A DNA stretch of 64,000 bases from an uncultured delta proteobacterium (GTDB lineage Bacteria; Desulfobacterota; WTBG01), in NCBI GenBank assembly GCA_963793865.1, contig CAWCBP010000014.1, positions 128,001 to 192,000 of the forward strand, read 5' to 3'. The notes beneath the pieces were generated by a model. That model was not told the DNA's origin. It saw only the letters and a list, made by a program, of their open reading frames with translations, and ran no database searches. Shown here piece after piece: positions 38,430 through 48,729 of this stretch (its first letter is position 1; the number at the start of each line of letters is the position of its first letter). The translations under genes were made by a program, and so were the position numbers.

Positions 38430-39169
38430 GCGTCAGGGCATTTTCCGCCTACTTCGGAGAGCATGCCGTTCTCAACAACGTCAATCTCTCCATTACTGAG
38501 CGGAAGGCCACAGCCATCATGGGCCCCTCGGGGTGCGGGAAGACGACGCTCATACGCTGCATCAACCGCATGCATGAGCTCATTCCCGGCGCCCGGGTTA
38601 GCGGCGAGATACTGCTCCACGCGGAAAACCTCTACGGGATGAATCCCATCAATGTGCGCAGAAAGATAGGGATGGTGTTTCAGAAGCCCAATCCCTTCCC
38701 TACCATGAGCATCTATGATAATGTGATCGCGGGATACACCCTCAACGGGATAAAGCTCAAAAAGAGAGATAAGGACCGCATCGCCGAAGAATCACTGACC
38801 AGGGCCGCCCTGTGGGGCGAAGTGAAAGATTCACTTCACCGCAAGGGGACTTTTCTGTCGGGCGGCCAGCAGCAGCGTCTCTGCATTGCCCGCGCCCTGG
38901 CCATGAATCCCGAGATCATGCTGCTTGATGAACCGACCTCGGCGCTTGATCCCAAGGCCACCGCGCATATCGAGGAGTTGATCGAGGAGCTTAAAAAACA
39001 GGTGACCATCGTCATGGTCACCCATAACATCGCCCAGGCGGCACGCATCTCCGATAATACCGCCTTTATTTACCTGGGCGAGCTGGTTGAATACGGCACT
39101 ACCCAGAAGATGTTTACCGTTCCCCAGGATAAAAGGACGGAAGAGTATCTTACCGGCAAATTTGGCTAA
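38411..39169 (+). CDS. pstB: phosphate ABC transporter ATPase
   Basis: [38 protein letters not shown]. Confidence 0.95.
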   Translation: MESSILSVRAFSAYFGEHAVLNNVNLSITERKATAIMGPSGCGKTTLIRCINRMHELIPGARVSGEILLHAENLYGMNPINVRRKIGMVFQKPNPFPTMSIYDNVIAGYTLNGIKLKKRDKDRIAEESLTRAALWGEVKDSLHRKGTFLSGGQQQRLCIARALAMNPEIMLLDEPTSALDPKATAHIEELIEELKKQVTIVMVTHNIAQAARISDNTAFIYLGELVEYGTTQKMFTVPQDKRTEEYLTGKFG

Positions 39170-39180
39170 GAGGAATACAT

Positions 39181-39846
39181 ATGCTTGAGGAAAAAATAAC
39201 CGACCTTAAGAGGGAACTGGTCGGATGTGCCACCCTGGTTGAGCACATGATTGAAAAAAGCACCGCCGGGCTGGTGAGGCGGGATAAAGCGCAGCTCGAA
39301 TCGGTGGAGCGGGTGGACGAGCCGCAGGTAAACGCCCTGAATAACAGGATGGACGAACTGTGCACCTCGCTGATCGCCCAATACCAGCCACGCGCGAAGG
39401 ATCTGCGGGTGATTCTCATGATGTTAAAGATGAACGATGTGCTGGAGCGGATGGGAGACCACGCGGTGAACATTGCGCAAAGCAGCCTGTTTCTCCTGGC
39501 CAACCCGCTGGTGAAACCGCTCATCGACATACCGGAAATGGCGGGGCTCGCCGCCCAGATGGTCCGGGACAGCATAACCGCGTTTATCAATGAAGACGGT
39601 CCGCTGGCGAAGTCGGTATGCGAGCGGGACAGCATCATCGACCGGCTCAGGGACAAGACCTACAGCGAATTGATCGAGGTGATGAGCGCCAATCCGTCCG
39701 CCATTGAAAAGAGCCTGAACCTGCTCAGAATTTCCCGTAACCTTGAGCGCATTGCCGACCTGTCCACCAATATCTGCGAGGACGTCATATTTATTGTTGA
39801 AGGGAAAATCATCAAGCATCACGGACTTAATAGCCTAAACCGGTGA
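39181..39846 (+). CDS. phoU: phosphate signalling protein PhoU
   Basis: QPRAKDLR, LERMGDHAVNIA, LERIADLSTNICE. Confidence 0.95.
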   Translation: MLEEKITDLKRELVGCATLVEHMIEKSTAGLVRRDKAQLESVERVDEPQVNALNNRMDELCTSLIAQYQPRAKDLRVILMMLKMNDVLERMGDHAVNIAQSSLFLLANPLVKPLIDIPEMAGLAAQMVRDSITAFINEDGPLAKSVCERDSIIDRLRDKTYSELIEVMSANPSAIEKSLNLLRISRNLERIADLSTNICEDVIFIVEGKIIKHHGLNSLNR

Positions 39847-39871
39847 GGTGCAAACACTCACCGGCGTTCCT
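39793..39871 (+). repeat. direct repeat 1 (phoU 3' end plus hairpin)
   Basis: 75/79 identical to 46421-46499. Confidence 0.9.
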
Positions 39872-39873
39872 TC

Positions 39874-39908
39874 AGGCAGGGTCACTCGCGGCCCTGCCTT
39901 TTGCTTTT
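39874..39908 (+). terminator. intrinsic terminator of pst-phoU
   Basis: AGGCAGGGTC/GGCCCTGCCT hairpin followed by T-rich tail. Confidence 0.7.
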
Positions 39909-40389
39909 ATTTTAGACCTTGACTGCGCGTGGCCCACCATCCTTCAAGGTCGATATTTCACAACCTAATATGGACATTTGATTAGGTGCCTTTTATTAGG
40001 TATAGATGGTAGCAGTACAAAGTTTTCGGGGACGAACATAAACCGCCACATATGGTATGTGGTATTAAGGTCAGGTTAATACAACGGGAAAGATTGCAGT
40101 GCCCGGAATTACTGCTGAGGTGCATATCGAGTAGAACTTTGCCATTATATTAATCAGTTATCGTACCTTTCCAACCAACGCGAAACTAAAACGGTATAGG
40201 GGAAAACATAAAGTCGACTTGACTCATAAAGTAAATCAGGGTATATATGTACTTAACTGCGGCTTATTTACTTCAATCATTTTATTGTCAGAAGAAGAAA
40301 AACGGTTTCTTTAAACCACCTCTTTTTTTACAGTGAAAGGTTGGGTAGATAGTTTCAGGGTACTCTGTAAAGAAAGGAGGTGGTATCGT

Positions 40390-40590
40390 ATGGTTAAGGG
40401 AACCGTGAAGTGGTTTAATGACAAAAAAGGTTTTGGGTTCTTGTCACGAGAAGGTGGAGATGATGTATTTGTACATCACACATCTATCCAGGGAGATGGC
40501 TTCAAAACACTCAGTGAAGGGCAGCAAGTGGAGTTTGAGGTGCAGGATGGACCTAAAGGTCCGCAAGCGGTTAATGTTAAAGCGCTGTGA
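40390..40590 (+). CDS. cspA: cold-shock protein
   Basis: [30 protein letters not shown]. Confidence 0.95.
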   Translation: MVKGTVKWFNDKKGFGFLSREGGDDVFVHHTSIQGDGFKTLSEGQQVEFEVQDGPKGPQAVNVKAL

Positions 40591-40597
40591 AGTGGTA

Positions 40598-40629
40598 ATG
40601 GCAGTCAGATAATGGCTGCCATTTTTTTT
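40598..40629 (+). terminator. intrinsic terminator after csp
   Basis: ATGGCAGTC/GGCTGCCAT hairpin followed by a T-tract. Confidence 0.75.
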
Positions 40630-40847
40630 GTGTTTCCTCTTCAGTATCTGAAACATCCAGAAGATACCCGCCCCCGGTAATGCTGCTGAGAAGTTCCTGG
40701 TTCTTCACCTTTTCCCTCCCAATCACGGGAAAGAGAAGATGGTTGCGCTGAGTTCGATTGTAATTATGAGGCATATATTTTGCTCAGCCGGGTTTATCCT
40801 GAGGCACGAAATAATTAACGAAAAACACATGGTGGAAGGAAACCTTA

Positions 40848-42797
40848 ATGGAAAAAGTGCTTTTAACAACAGTGTGCGGACCTTTTGGTGCAGATACCGA
40901 AGATTGTACCAGGCACGTTATGCCTGAACTGTATCATGCCCAGGTAACACGGGCGCAGGGAATTTTTAGCATCCGGGCAACCTATATTTCATACGGTCTG
41001 GAGTATATTGCGAACAACATAACAACCCCTACAACAGTGTTACAGTATCCCACCATGAAACAGTTTAAACGCGAGCTGAGAAAGGGGTATGATTATGTGG
41101 GAATCAGTTTTGTTATAGCCACATTCGGCAAGCTACAAAAAATGTGCAGGATGGTAAGAGAGGTGTCACCCGGTTCTAAAATAATACTGGGCGGGTACGG
41201 TACCATGCTTCCTGAATGTGATCTATATGGTGACTATATCTGCCGCGAGGAAGGGGTCGACTTTATGCGGCGGCTTTTGGGAGAAGTTCACCAGGATGAA
41301 CCCAAAAAGCATGTTGTGCTCCCAACCAGGGGGAACGTTGTTGGGTACCCCGCTATGAAAGGCGCTATGGTGCTGGCCGGGCTGGGCTGCCCCCATGGGT
41401 GTGAGTTTTGTGCCACATCTCATTTTCACAAGAGGCGCCATATCCCTCTTTTAAAGACAGGAGCGGATTTGCACAGGGAAATCAGAAGGGTGCGCAAGGT
41501 CTTGGGCAGTCCAAAACTGCGTATCGGAATTATTGAAGAGGATTTTCTCCTCCAGAAAGAACGTGCGCGTGAATATCTTAACTGCGTTAAGCAGGACATG
41601 GACAATCCCATGAGAATTTCCTGTTTTGCAAGCGCCTACTCGGTATCTCAATGGGATCCTGAGGATCTGGTCAGAATGGGTATTGACACTCTCTGGATTG
41701 GTGTTGAGTCCAAACAGGCTGCCTATGCCAAACTAAAGGGAATTGATGTAAAAAGCGTTTTTGAAACCCTCCATGCTCATGGCATCAACACCCTTGCATC
41801 CTTTATACTAGGCCATGATTTTCACACGGCTGAAAACATATGGGAAGATTTTGACTACCTTGTATCACTTAATCCGAGCCTGACCCAGTTTCTTATTCTG
41901 ACCCCGGCCTGTAACACACCTCTGTTTGACCGGCTCAAGCTGGAAGGAAGGCTGCTCGATATTCCCCACAAACATTGGGACGGGTTTCACCTGGCGTTTG
42001 ATCATCCCCACATCGAAAAGTCCCTCATGGAACAGCTGATCTTGGAGTTTTATGATGAGGAATACCGCAGGCTGGGCCCATCAGTCATACGGTACATTGA
42101 AAAGCAACTTCAGGGTTACGTGCGGTTCAAAAATTCCACTGATCCCCTTCTCAGGAGACGTGCAGAGCAGTACAGGCAGGGGTGCCTTGATGCACTGCCA
42201 ATCTTTCCCTCTGCATCCAGGTACGCCCCTACAGAAGAAGTTGCCCGGCGGATCAGAAATATTCGGCAATCTATAGCCTGCGAGATCGGTAACGGTGGAT
42301 TGAAAAATAAAATTCTTTCAGGCTTTGTGCCGTTACTTGCCCTGGCGGAAAAATTCAAGCAGAAGCACTGTGCTTATCCGCAGGCAAGGCTTCAGCGCAC
42401 CGAATACAGAATGTCGGAGAGTTGGTTGCACCCTGCAGCCCTTAAAGGAAACGGCATTCTCACCATCAAACCAAGGCCGCGCTATGCGGCTCATCATCCT
42501 CTGGTGATTGATCTTCATGGTGTTTTTGACAGGATGACGGCAAAGGAGCTGAAAAAAAGAGTTAAAGCTTATCTCGAGGGAAACAGGGAGCACCTTGCCA
42601 TTAACTTCAGTGGAGTAACCAGTACCGAACAGGGTGCACTGCTCTCGTTCCTGAAGAGACTGAAACGCAATAAACAGAGAATCAAGATTATCAGTATTGA
42701 TTCCTTCGGGTCAGACATGGCTGATGTGGTCAACTATGCAAAAACTTATTTTGAGGTATTTATGGATGTCGAAGGATTGACTGCGAGTCTGGCATGA
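40848..42797 (+). CDS. cobalamin-binding radical SAM protein with C-terminal STAS-like domain
   Basis: YDYVGIS...IILGGYG, GCPHGCEFC; C-terminal LVIDLHGVFD...INFSGV. Confidence 0.8.
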   Translation: MEKVLLTTVCGPFGADTEDCTRHVMPELYHAQVTRAQGIFSIRATYISYGLEYIANNITTPTTVLQYPTMKQFKRELRKGYDYVGISFVIATFGKLQKMCRMVREVSPGSKIILGGYGTMLPECDLYGDYICREEGVDFMRRLLGEVHQDEPKKHVVLPTRGNVVGYPAMKGAMVLAGLGCPHGCEFCATSHFHKRRHIPLLKTGADLHREIRRVRKVLGSPKLRIGIIEEDFLLQKERAREYLNCVKQDMDNPMRISCFASAYSVSQWDPEDLVRMGIDTLWIGVESKQAAYAKLKGIDVKSVFETLHAHGINTLASFILGHDFHTAENIWEDFDYLVSLNPSLTQFLILTPACNTPLFDRLKLEGRLLDIPHKHWDGFHLAFDHPHIEKSLMEQLILEFYDEEYRRLGPSVIRYIEKQLQGYVRFKNSTDPLLRRRAEQYRQGCLDALPIFPSASRYAPTEEVARRIRNIRQSIACEIGNGGLKNKILSGFVPLLALAEKFKQKHCAYPQARLQRTEYRMSESWLHPAALKGNGILTIKPRPRYAAHHPLVIDLHGVFDRMTAKELKKRVKAYLEGNREHLAINFSGVTSTEQGALLSFLKRLKRNKQRIKIISIDSFGSDMADVVNYAKTYFEVFMDVEGLTASLA

Positions 42798-42937
42798 AAC
42801 ATGTGTGCATCGTTTACCCAGGGTTTGGAGCAATGAACATCAATGGAGTACTTTTTTAAATCAAAAGTTCAACTTACTGCAATGATGGGTAAACACGGAT
42901 GTCCCTTTCTGAAAAAAAAAATGAAAATATAAACAGG

Positions 42938-45900
42938 TCATTCAGAATGACGCAACATAATCTCCATGACCGGAATGAGTGTTTCAATAAGTTGTTTGAA
43001 CAATAGATGTGCTGCGGGGCTATCCTCAATGAGGTTTATCATTGCATCTGTTCTGTTATAATAAAGATCGATTACCTCTACTCCAAAACTGTTGCTATAG
43101 AGTATTTCATCCCTGAATCGTCTTATTGTTTCTAAGCGGGCGTCCTTTCGGGCAAATAATCTTTCTACCAGACATTTACAGCCTTCATTTATACTTCCAT
43201 CACAGTTATTGTCTTTTCCGTCATCACACCTTTCGGTTGCACCGGGATACATATCCGGATCACTGTCGTCGCAGTCCACCGTGCCGCAGCACCCGCCTTC
43301 AACAGAATATCCGTCTCCGTCGCTGTCGGTACAATTCGAAGCTAATACCGCAGTGAAGCTGGAGTTGCTGTCAGCTTCTCCAAAACCCGGGACACTGAGG
43401 GTGAAAATCACATCCCAGGTTATGCAATCCGGGTCAGCAGCATTCAGGTTTGAGGCAGTGTATTCACTGGTAGCATCCGGCGTGCCGATAAGGGGATCAA
43501 CGCCTGCGCACATGAGCGCCGGGCCAAAACAATTTTCAACAGTTGAGGTGCCCAGTCCTGTCGTTACATCGAAACTACCGGAAGTTATGATATGGGTTTC
43601 TCCCAGGGCATTTTCAATTAACTGATCGATGGTGAAGTACAGCTCATTTCCGGATAGTATACCGGCTCCGGAGTAGGTGTAGGTGGAATCAACGGCCCGG
43701 TTGGTACGCCCGATCAGCCTGCCGGTACCATGGACAATATGAGTGCCGTCCTCAATCGGGTCCGGCGGGTCTTCTTCGACCACCACCTTTACATTATGCC
43801 AGGGTTTGACTGCGTATTCACGAACGTTGTCACGGTAGAACACCGCGCTCGGTGTAGTGCTAATGAATGCGCTCCATGGTGTTAGGATTTTATGTATGGT
43901 TACGGAGCCCGGGAGGTGCACCGGTACATCCAATGTATCTGCATCGTAAAACAGCTTATCGCATATGCCGTTACGGTGGCAGATATAATCTCCCGCCTCA
44001 ATCCAATCCAACGAGAGGGTCCGTTCAGTGCTGCCGTGCGTCTCGAATGATGCGTCAAAGTCGATTGTCGCAGACGATAAAATGGTGCGCACAGTGCTTC
44101 CGGCCAGGTCATGATTTACCTTGCTCGGCAGATTGATCAGGCTGACCGGATCCACCGCGGCATCCTCTGTTTGTAAATCAATAATCATGAATTTCTCGCG
44201 GCCGTTACCGTTGTCCACATAAACGCTCCATTCCGCGCGACCACCTTCAACAGCGCCTTCGATCTCGTAGAGGGAGAGGGTTACATAATAATCCTTTGCA
44301 GTATCATTTTCAAAAAAACGGGTTGGCGCAAGACTGTAGCCGGCAGGAAGCTTAAGTGCGGCCGACAGAGCGCCCGGATCGGTTATTTTGAAATTGTAAT
44401 ACGTAGCGGGGGGCGTATTCCTGATTTCAAATGTGGTCAGCGCATCCCCCGTACCCCTGAAGGAACTTCTTACAGCATCTCTCATGACGGTTAAGTAATT
44501 ACCGTTATTTTTGAAATCATACAGTTGACTCAGCCACTCGGGAATAATATCCAAGTACGGTGAATCCAAATTCCACCATGGTGAGAGGACATATTCCAGC
44601 GTATTGAGGTAATAAACGGCATAGGTGGGTTCGTCGTTCAGGTATTGCTTCCAACGCGTTTTATCGATGGTGATGTGAACCGGAACAATGACCGCATCAT
44701 AGTTGAACGTGGTAGCGTTATATAAACCGCGATCAAGAACCCCGTTTCCCCAGTAAATATAGTCATTGCCGGCAGCCATCTCCCTGGTAAAACGAACGAT
44801 CGTATTGGTCGCCGGGTTTGGCTTGGGAAAGCGTGATCTAAAAACGGTAGTCTCAACGCCATTCTCTCTTTTGCCCACACTCGCCACAACAGTGTTGCCT
44901 CGGAATTGATAGGAGACGGGCTCGGGCGGAGTTAAACCGCGAACCGAGTCGGCAGAAACCGCCTCAGCCAAAACATCTACGCATAAATATCCAGGGCGCG
45001 CACCGCCACCGGGAGGTTGAACAAAAACGTCCCATTCGGCACGTGCACCATTGACAATCGGCCCCGCTGCATTGTAGAGATTAAGCGCGAGAAAGTAACC
45101 CGGCTCATCCGATTCAAGAAATTGGGTGGGTGCCAAGCGAAACCCTGCGGGCAGCTCGTTCTCCTCAAATGCATCAATGGCAGCTTGATCCTTAAATTCC
45201 CACCTGATAAATACCGAACCGGGCGAGCCTTCACCATCTTCTTCGCTGGATATGATAAAATCCAGCCAGGGTTTATTGCCGGGATCTTTCACGTCTTCAG
45301 CATAGTCAAAGGCCTGCATGGTGAGGAAGAGTTTCTTCAGGGTATTTCTTGAAGCAATAAGCTGGTCTGCTGATTTGTTGATTGGCGTTGAGGGTATGGT
45401 GACAATCACCTGGCTGAGATCGTGCGCTATTGGTGCATTCAAGACCAGCGGCGCTTCATCAGAAGCACTGTCGAGCTTGTTATAATTTTCAACGAAGGTT
45501 GAAGCATTGGAGGTATGAAATGACACGCTGCCGGAGACGGTGGTCCCGGAGAAGTTCAGCGAACCACTTACCAACTCCGCTCCCCGTAATGATCGATCCG
45601 CCGGGATTGAGCTGTTAAACAGTGCCGGCAGTCCGTAAACAAAACTGAAAGAGGACCCGGTTTGCAAAGCACTTAAGAAGGGATGGATCACACTGGCGTG
45701 GGAGGGTGACACGGTATCAACAACATCGAGAACTGACTGCACAACTGTCCGTTTGCCGACGATTAACACGCCGCCATCCAGCAAAGATACGCTATTACCA
45801 TTCAGGTCAAGGTACATTTTGTGGGCGCCTGCCCCGTAAGTACCCTCGGACGCAAGGCCTGGCCCTTTAATCACTTCGCTGATGGTGTCGCAACGTAACC

Positions 45901-46270
45901 TGGCAAGCAGAAAGAGGCTCTCTGGAGCCCCCGTTGTTTGCACCAACAAGGCGGTTTTCACAGCACCAGCCAAGTCAACATTTTCAGCAAGTTCATTAAT
46001 GGTGCTCAATGGCTCGTTCAGCGCTGCATCACTGCCCTGGCCATTCAACAAACCGGTGACCTCAGTTGCGGAACTGCCGGAAAGAAGGTCATTGATATCA
46101 ACTGCAAGCACACCACGCGCATCCCCGGGCAACAAGGCTGTTAATTCGTTGACATTTTCGGCATGTGTCGTCGCAGGCAACTCACAATTGGCTTGCGCAG
46201 GTATCGACACGAAAACATTACAGAGCATGAGCAGCAACGAACACAAATAAATGCTATTCCTTTTTTTCAT
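42938..46270 (-). CDS. large secreted protein with two internal acetoacetate-decarboxylase-like repeats, a DCDD metal-binding motif and a CFI-box-CTERM-like tail
   Basis: signal peptide; repeats LPAGFRLAPT...ARAEWDVFV and LPAGYSLAPT...GRAEWSVYV; DCDDSDPDMYPGATERCDDGKDNNCDG; IRRFRDEIL...LYY. Confidence 0.75.
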   Translation of the reverse strand: MKKRNSIYLCSLLLMLCNVFVSIPAQANCELPATTHAENVNELTALLPGDARGVLAVDINDLLSGSSATEVTGLLNGQGSDAALNEPLSTINELAENVDLAGAVKTALLVQTTGAPESLFLLARLRCDTISEVIKGPGLASEGTYGAGAHKMYLDLNGNSVSLLDGGVLIVGKRTVVQSVLDVVDTVSPSHASVIHPFLSALQTGSSFSFVYGLPALFNSSIPADRSLRGAELVSGSLNFSGTTVSGSVSFHTSNASTFVENYNKLDSASDEAPLVLNAPIAHDLSQVIVTIPSTPINKSADQLIASRNTLKKLFLTMQAFDYAEDVKDPGNKPWLDFIISSEEDGEGSPGSVFIRWEFKDQAAIDAFEENELPAGFRLAPTQFLESDEPGYFLALNLYNAAGPIVNGARAEWDVFVQPPGGGARPGYLCVDVLAEAVSADSVRGLTPPEPVSYQFRGNTVVASVGKRENGVETTVFRSRFPKPNPATNTIVRFTREMAAGNDYIYWGNGVLDRGLYNATTFNYDAVIVPVHITIDKTRWKQYLNDEPTYAVYYLNTLEYVLSPWWNLDSPYLDIIPEWLSQLYDFKNNGNYLTVMRDAVRSSFRGTGDALTTFEIRNTPPATYYNFKITDPGALSAALKLPAGYSLAPTRFFENDTAKDYYVTLSLYEIEGAVEGGRAEWSVYVDNGNGREKFMIIDLQTEDAAVDPVSLINLPSKVNHDLAGSTVRTILSSATIDFDASFETHGSTERTLSLDWIEAGDYICHRNGICDKLFYDADTLDVPVHLPGSVTIHKILTPWSAFISTTPSAVFYRDNVREYAVKPWHNVKVVVEEDPPDPIEDGTHIVHGTGRLIGRTNRAVDSTYTYSGAGILSGNELYFTIDQLIENALGETHIITSGSFDVTTGLGTSTVENCFGPALMCAGVDPLIGTPDATSEYTASNLNAADPDCITWDVIFTLSVPGFGEADSNSSFTAVLASNCTDSDGDGYSVEGGCCGTVDCDDSDPDMYPGATERCDDGKDNNCDGSINEGCKCLVERLFARKDARLETIRRFRDEILYSNSFGVEVIDLYYNRTDAMINLIEDSPAAHLLFKQLIETLIPVMEIMLRHSE

Positions 46271-46420
46271 TATTTCCTTTCGTAAAAAATATTTTTTAAA
46301 GCTTCCCGATTGTGCCCCCCCCAAATCCATTGCTATGGTAAAAAGAGCATTTTTCGGGATAAATTGCAAGCATCAGCCGCAAAGATTGTACAAAGAAAAG
46401 TAATAGGGTAACCAGCAACA

Positions 46421-46499
46421 ATTGTTGAAGGGAAAATCATCAAGCATCACGGAATTACTAGCATAAACCGGTGAGGTGCAAACACTCACCGGCGCTCCT
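46421..46499 (+). repeat. direct repeat 2 (displaced phoU 3' end)
   Basis: encodes IVEGKIIKHHG...; 75/79 identical to 39793-39871. Confidence 0.9.
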
Positions 46500-46883
46500 G
46501 ATGTTTAATACAAAAAAATCGATCCTTCGCTTCACTCGGGATGATTAGCTAAATGCATCCGCGTTAGAGATTGTCTTCATGTACAGTATAATCCAGAGCA
46601 GAAGTCCTGCTTAGGATATCGAGAACGTAGCCGGTTGTCTCACCCACCGCCTGACATTATTCGGCCATATCAAAATCTCAAAATTATCAGGCTGATAACG
46701 GGTATTTAAGCGCAGCAGATGATTTTCAAAAGAAGCAACCGTACCAGAATATACAGCATAAAATTTTGAAAAATACAGTCATTACCCCATTGTCTTTGAT
46801 ATGCAATGGTATTTAATTATAGGTGACCTCATTAGTGTCCAAAACAAGATAATTATCCTTTAATTTTATTAAACTTTTTACAT

Positions 46884-47029
46884 GAGATTGCTTCGTCGCT
46901 TATGCTCCTCGCAACGACCCTATTTGTGTGTCATTGTTTGATTTTGTCATTGCGAGCCCTTCGCTTGTCATTCTGAGCAACGCGAAGAATCTCGTTTTTC
47001 GCTCAGGATAAACTCCGCGCGGCAATCTC
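46884..47029. repeat. REP-like cluster
   Basis: GAGATTGCTTCGTCG...CTCGCAACGAC; GTCATTGCGAG...GGCAATCTC with nested GTCATTCTGAGC...GCTCAGGAT. Confidence 0.65.
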
Positions 47030-47112
47030 GTTTTTGGACAAGTCTGATGTGACTTATAAATCAACAGGATGAAGTAGTATCAGGCTCAAATATATCAGTC
47101 CATCGCCTGTTT

Positions 47113-47754
47113 ATGAGACTCAGCCATTACATGTATATATTATTGGGTTTTGCAGCGGGCTGCCTGATCGTAGCCTCCTCCCTGGCAGTGAAGGATGAAC
47201 ACACGTATCCCACTGGTGCGGGCACAGAGCAGGCAATTCCGCCTCCGGAGAACTGGCTTGACATCACTCCCGTTCGCGGCGAGCCACAATTAAAATTTTA
47301 TCTTGATCAATTTATTTATAGATGTGATGTCTGCCATATTGCTGAGAAGGCCTCGGCATGTGGGTGCGACAAGAATCTCAAAACACCAAACACCTTTCAT
47401 TTGCCGTTCGGTGCACATCGGGATATGGTTTTTAATCATGGATTAAATCTGCGTTGCTTCAACTGCCATAATTGTGCAAATCTGGACACTTATGTAGATC
47501 ATGACGGCACTGAAATCCCCGGCGATCAACCCGTCCTGCTCTGCAGAAAATGTCACGGCACAACCTACCATGACTGGGAAGCCGGCGCCCACGGCCGGAG
47601 CAACGGTGCGTGGGACGCACGCCGCGGTATGCAGGCAAAGCTTACCTGCAACCAGTGTCATGATCCGCATGCACCGCACTTTCCCCGGCTGATTCCCCGG
47701 CCATTCTCCGTCCACCGTCAGAATTCCGCATTTTACGCGAGGCAGCCATCATGA
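47113..47754 (+). CDS. multiheme c-type cytochrome (4 CxxCH)
   Basis: CDVCH, CFNCH, CRKCH, CNQCH; N-terminal signal/anchor. Confidence 0.85.
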   Translation: MRLSHYMYILLGFAAGCLIVASSLAVKDEHTYPTGAGTEQAIPPPENWLDITPVRGEPQLKFYLDQFIYRCDVCHIAEKASACGCDKNLKTPNTFHLPFGAHRDMVFNHGLNLRCFNCHNCANLDTYVDHDGTEIPGDQPVLLCRKCHGTTYHDWEAGAHGRSNGAWDARRGMQAKLTCNQCHDPHAPHFPRLIPRPFSVHRQNSAFYARQPS

Positions 47755-48722
47755 GTAACCGGAACAACCATGAGCCCGGACAATCCGGCCGCCGGGCTCT
47801 TCATGATGTACCCTATGCGCCCATAACGCGGCGGAGCTTTTTAAAGTTTGGTGCTGTGGCGGCTGGCACCTGTGCAGGGCTGAGCCTTGCACTGTCGCCA
47901 TTCAAAAACCTCAAGGAACATGTCAGCCTCGATGAATTTCTCCAGCAGCACTATCAGCGTTTGACCCCGGAGATGATGAACACGATTATGAAGCGCATAG
48001 AAAGGGAGATAGAGCGTGATTACGGGGTTAAGGCGCTGATGGAAGATTCTAAACCCCTGCCGGGGGTTGAATATGCCTTTGCATTGAATATCGGAAAGTG
48101 CATAGGTTGTCGCCGGTGCGTCTACGGCTGTATGAAGGAAAACAACACCTCCCGCAACCCCCAGATTCAATATATACGCGTTCTTGAGATGGACAAAGGC
48201 ACACAGAATGTTGAAGAGTCAGAGCACTATTATGAACACGACGCGGTTCCCCAAAAAGATAAATATTACATGCCGGTTCAGTGCCATCAGTGTAAAAATG
48301 CCCCCTGCGTAAAAGCCTGTCCGGTCAAGGCAACCTGGCAGGAGCCGGATGGGATAATCGTTGTAGATTACAATTGGTGCATCGGCTGCCGCTATTGCAT
48401 GGCAGCATGCCCGTACTGGGCGCGCCGGTTTAATTTTGCCAAACCGGTCATCCCCACAGAAGAGATTACAACAGATATGGCATACCTTGGAAACCGTATC
48501 CGGCCGCGCGGGGTTGTGGAAAAATGCACCTTCTGCCTGCGGCGGGTTCGCAAAGGAATGCTTCCTGCGTGCGTTGAGGTCTGCCCTACGGGTTCACGCG
48601 TGTTTGGTAATCTGCGTGATCCGGAGAGCCCGATTAACTATATTCTCAAACACAAACTGGTCTACATTTTTAAAGAGGAGGCGGGAACAATCCCCCGTTT
48701 CTATTATTGCTTTGATGTATGA
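47751..48722 (+). CDS. Tat-exported 4Fe-4S protein (NrfC/DsrO/DmsB family)
   Basis: TRRSFLK; CIGCRRC, CHQCKNAPC, CIGCRYC, EKCTFC. Confidence 0.9.
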   Translation: MSNRNNHEPGQSGRRALHDVPYAPITRRSFLKFGAVAAGTCAGLSLALSPFKNLKEHVSLDEFLQQHYQRLTPEMMNTIMKRIEREIERDYGVKALMEDSKPLPGVEYAFALNIGKCIGCRRCVYGCMKENNTSRNPQIQYIRVLEMDKGTQNVEESEHYYEHDAVPQKDKYYMPVQCHQCKNAPCVKACPVKATWQEPDGIIVVDYNWCIGCRYCMAACPYWARRFNFAKPVIPTEEITTDMAYLGNRIRPRGVVEKCTFCLRRVRKGMLPACVEVCPTGSRVFGNLRDPESPINYILKHKLVYIFKEEAGTIPRFYYCFDV

Positions 48723-48729
48723 GGATTTT

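Noticed and set aside
40047..40063. CCACATA-TGG-TATGTGG palindrome, weakly NrdR-box-like
   Set aside because: Single site with no nrd or related gene nearby, so support is insufficient
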